Below the pieces are notes generated by a model. That model was not told the origin of the DNA. It did no database searches and worked only from the letters and a program-made list of their open reading frames with translations. This document shows, one piece after another, positions 29,806 to 39,307 of a DNA stretch of 64,000 nt. The position numbers were made by a program, and so were the translations under genes. Within the stretch, counting starts at the first letter, position 1; every line of letters starts with the position of its first letter. Source of the stretch: an uncultured delta proteobacterium (GTDB lineage Bacteria; Desulfobacterota; Syntrophorhabdia; Syntrophorhabdales; WCHB1-27); assembly GCA_963810935.1 (NCBI GenBank), contig CAWEPK010000009.1, positions 32,001 through 96,000 on the forward strand, written 5' to 3'.

Positions 29806-30807
29806 ATGAATAGAAAAGCCGTCTCTTTGCTATCCGGCGGACTCGACAGCGTCCTTGCCACCAGGCTCGTCAAGGACCAGGGGATCGAAGTAATCGCCCT
29901 CCATTTTACGTCTCCTTTCTGCAACTGCACGGCAAAAGCGGACAAAGGCTGCGGCTTTCAGGCCGTGCGCAGCGCGAGTGAGCTGGGCGTGCAGGTCGCG
30001 GTTAAGGCAAAAGGGCTGGATTACCTGCGTCTCGTCCAATCACCGCCCCACGGTTACGGGCGCAACATGAACCCTTGCATTGACTGCCGCATCTTCATGC
30101 TGAAGGCAGCGCGCACTTTCATGGATGAGATAGGCGCGAGCTTCCTGATCACAGGGGAAGTGCTAGGCCAGAGGCCGATGTCCCAGCGCAGGGACGCAAT
30201 GGCCCTCATCGAAAGAGAGAGCGGCCTCGCAGGTCTCATCCTGCGGCCGCTGTCCGCCCAGCATTTCTCCCCGACGCTGCCCGAGCAGGAAGGGATCGTC
30301 GACAGGCAGAAGCTCCTCGACTTTACGGGCAGGTCGCGGAAAGGTCAGTACAAGCTGGCCAAAGAGTACGACCTGAAGGAGTTCGGCTGCCCCGCCGGTG
30401 GATGCCTGCTGACCGACTCCATCTTCGCCGGCAGGCTCCGCGACCTTTTTCAGTTCAACCCTGACTGCACGATGTACGACGCAGCCCTGCTCAAGACCGG
30501 GCGCCATTTCCGCCTCTCGGAAGAAACCAAGCTGATAGTGGGCCGGGACAAGGCCGAGAATGACCAGATACGGAGCCTTTCGCTCGCGGGCCATATCCTT
30601 ATTACGCCCGTCTCGTTCAAAGGCCCATCTGCGCTCGTGGTCGGACCGGCAAACGACGAGGCAATCCGCACGTCCGCAAACGTCATCGCCTCTTATTCGA
30701 AGGAATGCGCCTTTCCCGTTACCGTGACCGTCACGCCCGGCCGGGGCGAGGCCGAGACGCGCACAGTCGAGCAGGTTTCCTTCGACATCGATAAGCTGAG
30801 GATCTGA
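29806..30807 (+). CDS. PP-loop tRNA sulfurtransferase (ThiI/MnmA-like) with C-terminal NFACT-R-like domain
   Basis: SGGLDS, NPCIDCR, TGEVLGQRPMSQ, PAGGCLLTD, GRHFR. Confidence 0.82.
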   Translation: MNRKAVSLLSGGLDSVLATRLVKDQGIEVIALHFTSPFCNCTAKADKGCGFQAVRSASELGVQVAVKAKGLDYLRLVQSPPHGYGRNMNPCIDCRIFMLKAARTFMDEIGASFLITGEVLGQRPMSQRRDAMALIERESGLAGLILRPLSAQHFSPTLPEQEGIVDRQKLLDFTGRSRKGQYKLAKEYDLKEFGCPAGGCLLTDSIFAGRLRDLFQFNPDCTMYDAALLKTGRHFRLSEETKLIVGRDKAENDQIRSLSLAGHILITPVSFKGPSALVVGPANDEAIRTSANVIASYSKECAFPVTVTVTPGRGEAETRTVEQVSFDIDKLRI

Positions 30808-30885
30808 GGAAAGGCCCCGCAAGGGCAACGCGCTTCACTTTCGCTTCTTGAAAACGCCATAAGCAGAAGGTAAAATAGGGAAGAC

Positions 30886-30975
30886 GGAGGGATGGCTGAG
30901 CGGCCGAAAGCGGCGGTCTTGAAAACCGTTGGGGGTTTACGCCTCCCGTGGGTTCGAATCCTACTCCCTCCGCCA
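30886..30975 (+). tRNA. tRNA-Ser (anticodon TGA)
   Basis: GGAGGGA/TCCCTCC acceptor stem, GCGGT-CTTGAAA-ACCGT anticodon arm, long variable arm, GGTTCGAATCC, encoded CCA. Confidence 0.96.
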
Positions 30976-31040
30976 TACTTTGCCTTAATTTGATTAGGTT
31001 TTTGACCTCTGATGAATCACCTTCCCCCGTGCTCTCATGT

Positions 31041-31130
31041 TCACTGCTTCCCACAAGCGTCATAACTAGGATGCACGTACCTTTGAGTTGTCCTGACGTT
31101 CTTTCCATGATACTTTTTCGATGTCATGTC
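31041..31130 (-). pseudogene. Tyrosine recombinase C-terminal remnant
   Basis: HGKNVRTTQRYVH resembles the GHxxIxTTQRYxH catalytic-tyrosine box. Confidence 0.5.
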
Positions 31131-31218
31131 CGTCAGTCGATACCTCAGATAAGCGACCGTCCGTTCTGTCGCCTTTTGCTGGTTGACAATAGGGTTTAAG
31201 TGCTTATTGTAGTTTTTA

Positions 31219-31932
31219 TTGGCAGGTTCGCTCACAAAGATACAAGGCGCCTTGTTGCTTTTAGTCCACGGACACCTCGCTGCCCTTGGTAAAGAGGTAG
31301 GAAGGCAGATCGCTTCGAAAGAGACAGGCTATGGTTTTCGGAGGGATTTGACCGTTGCCTTCAAGACGCCCCCAGCCTTTACACCGCTGACGATAAGGGA
31401 GTTCAAGAAGACGGATATCAACCTTCTTACCCTTGAAAAAACCGGGCGTGGCGATATGACGGCAGTGATAGACCGCATAACCCGAATGAAAACGATAGAG
31501 GCAAGTGTCCCGACCCATATTTACGTAGCGGTCGCAGAGGACGACTCTCCGTGCTTCATTCAGTTTATGATCTCACCCGCCGACAATGATAAGCTGAGGG
31601 CATACTATAAGGGGTATTTCCTCCCTCTTCAGGGAGATGAGTTGCTCCTTGAAGGTGCTTTTGTTCCTGGCTCGTACAGGGGAAAGGGCATAATGGGCTC
31701 CGCCATGTCCCAGATCGCGCAACGGGGCAGGACAATAGGGGCGCGATGGGCGATCACCTATGTCAAGGCATCGAACCTTCCCTCGGTTCGCGGCCGTCTG
31801 GCGTCGGGCTTTCACCCCTATGTCAGAAGGGAGACCACATGGAGGGCGCTCAGTCGGGAAGTTTCCTTTTCTCCATTGAGCGGGGAGGAGATCGGGGAGT
31901 TGGAGGCTTCGTGGAAGACAGGGAAGGCCTAA
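31219..31932 (+). CDS. GNAT-fold acetyltransferase-like protein (island cargo)
   Basis: FVPGSYRGKGIMG acetyl-CoA motif A; NLPS...GF motif B; start uncertain. Confidence 0.7.
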   Translation: MAGSLTKIQGALLLLVHGHLAALGKEVGRQIASKETGYGFRRDLTVAFKTPPAFTPLTIREFKKTDINLLTLEKTGRGDMTAVIDRITRMKTIEASVPTHIYVAVAEDDSPCFIQFMISPADNDKLRAYYKGYFLPLQGDELLLEGAFVPGSYRGKGIMGSAMSQIAQRGRTIGARWAITYVKASNLPSVRGRLASGFHPYVRRETTWRALSREVSFSPLSGEEIGELEASWKTGKA

Positions 31933-32594
31933 GGCTTCGACCACCTTATTGAATAAGTTATTGATAACAGGAAATATGTTATAAGACGGTAGGGGTCGAT
32001 TCCCGCCGTCGGCTACCCCCATAGAACTCGTTTCGCTTTCGTTATGCTCCTGACGGGAAACCGAGCAGGGAGAACGCCTCCCGTGGGTTCGAATCCTACT
32101 CCCTTCCGCCATTAATCTTCGCATCCGTGAACCGGCTTCCGCGAAACAAAGTCTCCCATTACAGGTGGCAACCGCGCCGCAAGGCGCCTTTTTGTATCCT
32201 CTGAGCCCTTTGACAAAGTGTATGCAGTATTCCCAACGGGCATGGACATAATTAGTTGAAATTACATATAAAACTGTTTGCATAGAAAATAGTTGTTGAC
32301 TTAAGTAGGTGAAATTGAGTACATCTTATGTGCGTCTGGATGACCTTCTTTACTGTATGCAATGACGCCGTGATCGGGGTCCAAAGGGCGTGAACGGATC
32401 GGGGGAGAGGAGTACGGCAGAAAGTTAGGCAATGGGTAGTAATGTAATCTTCGGCTCTCCACCCGCATGTCTCAATGGTCCAGGCTTTTACGGCATGTCG
32501 CACCACTTCGGATTTCACAACTCGTTATCGAAACCATCGCGGCCCTTGCGTCAGCATTGGGCGTGTGAAGGAACAAAAGCAAGGGGGTATTGCA

Positions 32595-33626
32595 ATGAAG
32601 GTTTGTAACAGCAGGTTTTTTATTTTCGTCTGCATGGTCGCGCTCGCCGCTTTCGTCCTGCCTGCGCGTGCTTTCTCTGCTGAATCAGTCGTAAGGATGA
32701 AGTATGTGAGCTTCATGCCGCCTACCCACCCCATCTCAGTGCTCTCCGATCAATGGTGCAAGGAGTTGGAGAAGAGGACGAACGGGCGGGTCAAGGTGAC
32801 CTTCTTCCCGGCCGGCACCCTCGTCTCTGCAATTCAGATTTACGACAGCGTCGTAAAGGGCGTCGCCGACATCGGCTTCGGCATCATGTCTTATACGCCC
32901 GGCCGGATGCCCCTTTCTGAATTCATCGTCCTTCCGAACGGGTACAAGAGCGGGGCGCAGGCTTCCCGCATGTCGAACGCCTTCTATAAGAAATTTAAGC
33001 CAAAGGAATTCGATGACGTGAAGGTCTTCTACCTGAGCGCCCATGGTCCCGCGTTCTTCCACACAAAGAAACTGGTGCAAAAGATCGAAGACCTGAAGGG
33101 CCTCCGGATAAAGGGCGACGGCAATACCTCGAAGGTGATCGCCGCGTCAGGCGCCACGCCTACCACGATGCCCATGCTTGAGACGTACGACGGCATTAAG
33201 AGGGGTCTTGCCGACGGCGTCCTCAACCCCATGGAGACCCTGAAGGGTTGGAAGTTCAGCGAGGTCTGCAAGTATACGTACGTGAACCACGGGTCCTCGT
33301 ACGCCAACGGCTTTTTCGTAGTCATGAACAAGGAGTTGTGGAACTCCTTACCGAAAGACATCCAACAGACTATAGACAAGCTCAACGAGGAGTGGTTCGA
33401 GAAGCAGGCGAAACTTTGGAGCTGGGTGGACGACGACGCAGTCGCGTTCGTCAAAAAGGCGGGGCACAATTTCTATAATGCCAGTCCGGCCGACGAGGCA
33501 AAGATGCAGGTCATGATGAAGCCCCTCTACGACAACTACATAAAGAGCATGAAGGAAAAGGGCCTGCCCGGGGAAGAAGTCCTCAAGTGGTCTCGGGCCT
33601 GGCTTAAGGGCGCATCGGTGGACTAA
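32595..33626 (+). CDS. dctP: TRAP transporter substrate-binding protein (copy 1)
   Basis: Signal peptide; EKRTNGRVKV, YTPGRMP, DLKGLRI, MNKELWNSLP. Confidence 0.92.
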   Translation: MKVCNSRFFIFVCMVALAAFVLPARAFSAESVVRMKYVSFMPPTHPISVLSDQWCKELEKRTNGRVKVTFFPAGTLVSAIQIYDSVVKGVADIGFGIMSYTPGRMPLSEFIVLPNGYKSGAQASRMSNAFYKKFKPKEFDDVKVFYLSAHGPAFFHTKKLVQKIEDLKGLRIKGDGNTSKVIAASGATPTTMPMLETYDGIKRGLADGVLNPMETLKGWKFSEVCKYTYVNHGSSYANGFFVVMNKELWNSLPKDIQQTIDKLNEEWFEKQAKLWSWVDDDAVAFVKKAGHNFYNASPADEAKMQVMMKPLYDNYIKSMKEKGLPGEEVLKWSRAWLKGASVD

Positions 33627-33699
33627 AGCCGGTCCGGCTTGCGGGGCGGTCCTCTGAAAGCTAAGCCGCCCTTTTTTTTAGCCGGTGGGAGGAATAACC

Positions 33700-34179
33700 A
33701 TGTGGTCCGTTTTTGAGAAGAAGATGTCGGGTTGGCTGCTCGTCGTCGCCGAAGTCACCCTTGCCTTCATGTTCGTCTTCACCCTTGCCGACGTGCTCCT
33801 ACGGACCTTCACGGGAAGGCCCCTGGTCGGCGACTACGAAATCATCTCCTTCCTCGGGGCGGTGGTAATCGGTTTCTCCCTTCCCTACACGACGTCCCTG
33901 AAGGGACACGTCTACGTGGACTTCCTGATAGAGAAGCTTACCCCGAGGGCCAAGGGGATAGTGGAGATCGCCACCCGGCTCGCCTCAATTATTCTCTTTT
34001 TATGGATAGCGTGGAACTTCGTCGTCATGAGCCTCGACCTCATGAAGTCACGGGAGGTCACCCCAGTCTTCCGCCTGCCCTTTTACCCGATCTCTTTGGG
34101 GCTCGCCCTCTGCTGCATAGTGGAGTGCGTCGTCTTCGCAGGACAGATCGCACGGATCGTCGGAGAGAAGCATGAATGA
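33700..34179 (+). CDS. dctQ: TRAP transporter small permease (copy 1)
   Basis: 4 TM helices, DVLLR, GHVYVD. Confidence 0.88.
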   Translation: MWSVFEKKMSGWLLVVAEVTLAFMFVFTLADVLLRTFTGRPLVGDYEIISFLGAVVIGFSLPYTTSLKGHVYVDFLIEKLTPRAKGIVEIATRLASIILFLWIAWNFVVMSLDLMKSREVTPVFRLPFYPISLGLALCCIVECVVFAGQIARIVGEKHE

Positions 34180-35470
34180 GATAACTACCGGTATAGTCGG
34201 AATCTGTATACTCCTCGCGATGTTCCTGACGGGCATAGAGCTGGCTTTCGGCATGACCATCGTAGGCTTCATCGGCATCGCCTACCTGGGCAAGTTCGCG
34301 GCAGCATCGAACCACCTCGTCAAGGACTTCTTCGATACCTTCACGTCTTATGGTTTCACCGTCATCCCCATCTTCGTGCTCATGGGGCAGATCGCCTCGA
34401 ATTCCGATATAGCAAAGAAACTCTACAATGCCGCGGAGAAGTTCGTGGGCCACATCCCCGGCGGCGTGGCCATGACCACCGTAGTGGGGGCGACCCTCTT
34501 CAAGGCCATGTGCGGTTCCACCATGGCTACCTGCGCAACATTTGCCGGCATAGCGATACCCGAAATGACGCGCCTCGGGTACAATAAAAAGCTCTCTCTG
34601 GGCGTAGTCGCCTCAGTCGGCACCCTCGGTATGCTCATCCCTCCTTCCGTTTCACTCATTATATACGGGATAGTGACGGAGCAGTCGATAGGCAAGCTCT
34701 TTTTGGCGGGCATCATCCCCGGCCTCCTTATATCCCTCTTTTTCATATTCGTCATCTACGGATGGGTCAAGATCGACCCCTCCATCGCGCAGCGGGCCCC
34801 GAGGTCGAGCTGGGCGGAGAGAATGAAGTCTTCCCCCGATTTCATCTGGGTCGCCGTCATCTTCTTCGTCGTCATCGGAGGCCTCATGTTAGGGTGGTTC
34901 TCGCCTACCGAGGCCGGGAGCATAGGGACCGGGGCCGTCCTGGTGCTGGCCCTGACGAAGCGGAGCTTATCTTTCAAGATGCTCAGAAAATCCTTCGATG
35001 AGTCCTTGAGGACCGCATGCATGGTCCTCCTTCTGATAGCCGGCTCCCAGGTCTTCGGCCACTTCCTGGCCGTCACCACGATCCCCTTCGTCGCCGCAGA
35101 CTGGATAGGCGGCCTTCCCCTGAACAGGCACATCGTCATGATCTTCATTATCTTTATCTACCTGCTCGGGGGCTCATTTATCGACGACCTCGCTTTCATG
35201 ATCCTGGCGACGCCCATCTTCTTCCCGGCAGTCGTCAAGCTGGGCTTCGACCCCATATGGTTCGGGATCATGGTAGGCATCACGATAATGATAGGGGTGG
35301 TCATACCCCCTGTCGCCATCGCCGTCTTCATCGTCAAGAACATCACCGGGGAGCCTTTCAACGTGATTTACGCGGGCGTCTATCCTTTTCTTCTCGCCCT
35401 CGTGGGTTGTGCTGCGCTCCTCTTCCTCTTCCCCCAGATAGCCACGTGGCTTCCCAGTGTTCTGGGGTGA
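34172..35470 (+). CDS. dctM: TRAP transporter large permease (copy 1)
   Basis: IPIFVLMG, GTLGMLIPPS, LFLAGIIPG, SPTEAG, DPIWFG, PPV. Confidence 0.92.
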   Translation: MNEITTGIVGICILLAMFLTGIELAFGMTIVGFIGIAYLGKFAAASNHLVKDFFDTFTSYGFTVIPIFVLMGQIASNSDIAKKLYNAAEKFVGHIPGGVAMTTVVGATLFKAMCGSTMATCATFAGIAIPEMTRLGYNKKLSLGVVASVGTLGMLIPPSVSLIIYGIVTEQSIGKLFLAGIIPGLLISLFFIFVIYGWVKIDPSIAQRAPRSSWAERMKSSPDFIWVAVIFFVVIGGLMLGWFSPTEAGSIGTGAVLVLALTKRSLSFKMLRKSFDESLRTACMVLLLIAGSQVFGHFLAVTTIPFVAADWIGGLPLNRHIVMIFIIFIYLLGGSFIDDLAFMILATPIFFPAVVKLGFDPIWFGIMVGITIMIGVVIPPVAIAVFIVKNITGEPFNVIYAGVYPFLLALVGCAALLFLFPQIATWLPSVLG

Positions 35471-35526
35471 TTAAAGGCTGCAAAAAAATCTGTTGACAGA
35501 AGCGATGGGAATATCGTAAAAGTAAT

Positions 35527-35565
35527 TGTTCGGCAAGGCCGACCAGTGTTCGATAATCTCGAACA
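35527..35565. promoter_or_regulatory. Tandem IclR-family operator sites
   Basis: TGTTCG-N7-CGACCA and TGTTCG-N7-CGAACA downstream of TTGACA (35493-35498) and upstream of the IclR gene. Confidence 0.7.
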
Positions 35566-35633
35566 TATGGCATTGGTAAGGATCAACCGGCTTGACGCGC
35601 ACCGTCTAACCGTACCTTTCACGCGAGGCTGTC

Positions 35634-36452
35634 ATGGAGAGAGAGGATGGGATTCAGTCTGTTAACCGGGCATTGAACCTTCTCTGCCTCTTCACCCACA
35701 ATACGCCCAGCCTGGGCATTACCGAGATAGCGAGTGCCATCGGCCTGCCCAAGCCCACGGTCCACGGCCTCGTGCGCACCCTCGTCAGCAAGGGGTTCCT
35801 GCAACAGGATCCGCAGACCCGCAAGTACAACCTGGGGATGCGCATCTACGAGCTGGGCATCGTACTGGCCGGCACGCTGGCCGTCAACCGGAACGGCGCG
35901 GGCCCTGCATACCAGCTTTCCCGGCAGACGGGTCTCGTTTCCCGCATAGCGATCTGGGACCTTGACGCGGCCCTGTTGACAGTAAGCATAGAGCCCCGCT
36001 CCCACATCTTCTTCGTGCACCAGATCGGGCCGCGTATTCCCGCGTACTGCACGGGGGTCGGTAAAGCGCTGCTCTCCCGCCTCGAACGGAACGAGGTCGA
36101 GGCCTACCTCGACCGGGCACACCTGGAAGCCTATACGGAGAATACGCTCATTCAGAAAGAGCAGTGCCTGGAGGACATAGAGGCCACCCGCCGCCGGGGT
36201 TATTCGATCGACCGGGAGGAGAACGTGCTCGGTCTCGCCTGCATAGGCACGCCGATCCTCGGGCATGGAGGCCGTCTGGAGGCGGCACTGAGCGTGTCGG
36301 GAGACGCAAAGCGCATTTACGCAGAAATTGACGTGCTGGTCCATGATCTGCTCGAGACCGCGCAAGAAATATCCCGCGCTCTGGGCTATTTCCCGGAATA
36401 CCCCGGCAGGCCCGTTCCTGCTCCGACCACGGATACTAAAGATTCCACGTAG
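35634..36452 (+). CDS. IclR-family transcriptional regulator
   Basis: IQSVNRALNLL, GLPKPTVHGLV, PAYCTGVGKALL, RRGYSIDREE. Confidence 0.93.
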   Translation: MEREDGIQSVNRALNLLCLFTHNTPSLGITEIASAIGLPKPTVHGLVRTLVSKGFLQQDPQTRKYNLGMRIYELGIVLAGTLAVNRNGAGPAYQLSRQTGLVSRIAIWDLDAALLTVSIEPRSHIFFVHQIGPRIPAYCTGVGKALLSRLERNEVEAYLDRAHLEAYTENTLIQKEQCLEDIEATRRRGYSIDREENVLGLACIGTPILGHGGRLEAALSVSGDAKRIYAEIDVLVHDLLETAQEISRALGYFPEYPGRPVPAPTTDTKDST

Positions 36453-36463
36453 GGAGGTAAGAT

Positions 36464-37484
36464 ATGGCATTTTCGTTTAGGTCTTTCTCGATAATAGCGG
36501 GCATGCTCTTGTTTCTGCTCTGCCAGACAACGACGGGCTCGGCAGCCGAATCGGTGATAAAGTTGAAGTACGCCAGCTTCATGCCGCCTACCCACCCCAT
36601 AAGCGTGTTATCCGACCAGTGGTGCAAGGAGCTCGAAAAGAGGACGAACGGGCGGGTCAAGGTCTCCTACTTCCCGGGCGGCACGCTGGTGACGGCCAAC
36701 CAGATGTACGACGGGGTCGTCAAGGGGATCGTGGACGTCGGCTTCAGCATCAACGCCTATACGCCGGCCAGGATGCCTCTCACCGAGGCCTTCCTTCTGC
36801 CCCTCGGCTTCAAGAGCGGCGAGCAGGCTACGCAGGCGGTCAGCGCCTTCTATAAGAAATTCAGGCCGAAGGAGTACGACGACGTGAAGGTGCTCTACCT
36901 CCATTCCCACGGACCAACACCCATCCATACTAAGACGCCCGTCAAGAAGATCGCGGACCTGAAAGGGATGCGCATCAAATGCAACGGCGACAACGCGCGG
37001 ATCGTCGCGGCCCTCGGGGGCACTCCGACCACGATGCCGATGCTCGAGCTCTACGATTCCCTCAAAAGAGGCGTGGCCGACGGGACCATTCTTCCCATGG
37101 AGACGCTGAAAGGGTGGAAGCTGGGCGAGATCTGCCACTACACATATGATATTACGTCGATCAGGATATGCGAACCCCTTCTTCGTGGCCATGAACAAGG
37201 CGAAGTGGAACTCGCTCCCCAAAGACATCCAGGACACGATCGATAAGATGAGCGAGGAATGGGTCGTAAAGCAGGCAAAGCTGTGGAACAACCTCGACGC
37301 CGAAGCTCTGGAGATGTTCAAGGCCACCCAGCACATTACGCGGGCGACGCCTGAGGATGAGGCCCTGGCGAAGCAAAAAGTGGCTCCCCTCCTCGATGCC
37401 TACGTGAAGCGCGCGAAAGATAAAGGCGTGCGCGGCGACGAGGCGTTGGCCTGGATCCAGAATTATCTCAAGAACGCAAAATAG
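36464..37484 (+). CDS. dctP: TRAP transporter substrate-binding protein (copy 2), +1 frameshift near 37163
   Basis: Close paralog of copy 1; removing one base joins YTYDITS to GYANPFFVAMNK. Confidence 0.88.
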
Positions 37485-37506
37485 GGAGCGGGACGCGGAG
37501 AAAGCA

Positions 37507-37986
37507 ATGAAAGGACTGCTCGCACTCGAAAAAAGGTTTTGTCTCACCCTGCTCGTCATAGCAGGGGTGACCCTTGCCTTTATGCTTGTTTTTACCGTTT
37601 TTAATGTCGTCATGAGGGCCTTCGGCAAGCCGATCGTGGGCGACTTCGAGATCATCTCATTCCTGGGAGCGATCGTCGTCGGCTTCTCGCTGCCCCACAC
37701 GTCCATGCTCAAATCGCACGTCGCAGTGGACCTCGTGCTTGAGAGACTCCCCAGACGTGCCTCGGCCGCGCTGCAGGTCTTCACGCGCATCGCCTCCGTT
37801 GCTCTCTTCGCATGGATGGGCTGGAACTTTATAGTAATGAGCATGGACCTTATCAAATCGGGAGAGGTAACGCCTGTCTTCAGGCTCCCGTTCTATCCGA
37901 TCTCACTTGGCCTTGCCTTCAGTTGCCTGGTCCAGTGCTTCGTTCTCCTAGTCGACGCGGGAAAGGCCGCCGGAGGTTCCCAATGA
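37507..37986 (+). CDS. dctQ: TRAP transporter small permease (copy 2)
   Basis: Paralog of copy 1 (EIISFLGA, EVTPVFRLPFYPISLGLA). Confidence 0.88.
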   Translation: MKGLLALEKRFCLTLLVIAGVTLAFMLVFTVFNVVMRAFGKPIVGDFEIISFLGAIVVGFSLPHTSMLKSHVAVDLVLERLPRRASAALQVFTRIASVALFAWMGWNFIVMSMDLIKSGEVTPVFRLPFYPISLGLAFSCLVQCFVLLVDAGKAAGGSQ

Positions 37987-39282
37987 GTGAGGTCACTGTA
38001 GGCATCATCGGCATACTGTTGCTCATAGGGTCGTTCTTCACAGGGATCGAGGCTCGGTTACGGCATGAGCATAATCGGCTTTCTGGGCCTCGTTTACCTC
38101 GGGACCTGGCAAGCGGCCTCGAACCAGGTGGTCAAGGATTTCTTCGACACGTTCACTTCCTACGGCTTCACTGTTATACCCCTGTTCGTTCTCATGGGCC
38201 AGGTGGCGTCGAACTCCGACATCGCCAAGAAGCTATACGGCGGGGCGTCAAAGTTCGTGGGCCATATTCCGGGCGGGCTGGCGATGACGACGGTCGTGGG
38301 CGCCACGCTTTTCAAGGCCATGTGCGGCTCCACGCTCGCCACCTGCGCCACCTTCGCGGGCATCGCCATCCCTGAGATGTCGCGCCTCGGTTACAGCAAG
38401 AAGCTCTCCACGGGCGTCGTGGCGTCGGTGGGGACGCTGGGCATGCTCATTCCGCCGAGCGTGCCGCTCATGATCTACGGCCTCATAACCGAACAGTCGA
38501 TCGGAAAGCTCTTTCTCGCCGGGATCATTCCCGGTATCCTGATCTCCTTTCTTTTTCTCGTCGTCATTTACGGATGGGTCAGGATAAACCCGGCTATAGC
38601 ACAGCTCGCGCCGAAGTCCTCGTGGCACGACAGGATGAAGGCGGCACCCGAATTCCTATGGGTCGGCGTGATCTTCCTCGTAGTCATCGGCGGCCTCATG
38701 CTGGGGTGGTTCTCGCCGACGGAGGCCGGAAGCATAGGCACGGCGGCCGTGTTGATACTCGCCGTCGCGAAAAGCCGTTTCACCATGCGCCAGCTCTTCA
38801 AATCCTTCGAGGAGTCGCTCCGGACGGCATGCATGGTCCTTGTCCTGATCGGGGGCTCGGTCGTATTCGGCCACTTCCTGGCCGTGACGAATATCCCATT
38901 CATCACTGCGGATTGGGTCGGCGGCCTGCACATAAACAGGAACCTCGTCATGGTCCTGATCATCTTCATCTACCTCCTCGGCGGCTCGATAATGGACGAC
39001 CTGGCATTCATGATACTTGCGACGCCGATCTTCTACCCGGCGGTCATCAAGCTCGGGTTCGATCCGATATGGTTCGGGATCATGATAGGCGTCACCCTTA
39101 TGATCGGCGTGATAGTCCCCCCGGTGGCAATATCGGTCTTCGTGGTCAAAAACATCACGGGCGAGCCGTTCAACATTATTTACGCAGGTGTTTATCCGTT
39201 TCTGCTGAGCCTTGCGGCCTGCGCCGCGCTCCTGTTCTTCTTCCCCCAGATAGCCATGTGGCTTCCGGTAATTTTGGGATGA
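37983..39282 (+). CDS. dctM: TRAP transporter large permease (copy 2), +1 frameshift at 38051/38052
   Basis: MSEVTVGIIG...TGIE joins LGYGMSII after removing one G; paralog of copy 1. Confidence 0.9.
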
Positions 39283-39307
39283 TAAAGCAACGAGATAAGG
39301 AGGGACA

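Larger units (their letters stand above)
30939..32112. mobile_element. Decayed tRNA-Ser-integrated mini-island bounded by direct repeats
   Basis: 38-bp tRNA 3' end (30939-30976) repeated at 32074-32112 with one extra T; lower GC; integrase-like fragment inside. Confidence 0.75.

Noticed and set aside
32074..32112. Second functional tRNA-Ser
   Set aside because: Only the 3' part is present; the upstream sequence lacks the acceptor 5' strand, D arm and anticodon arm
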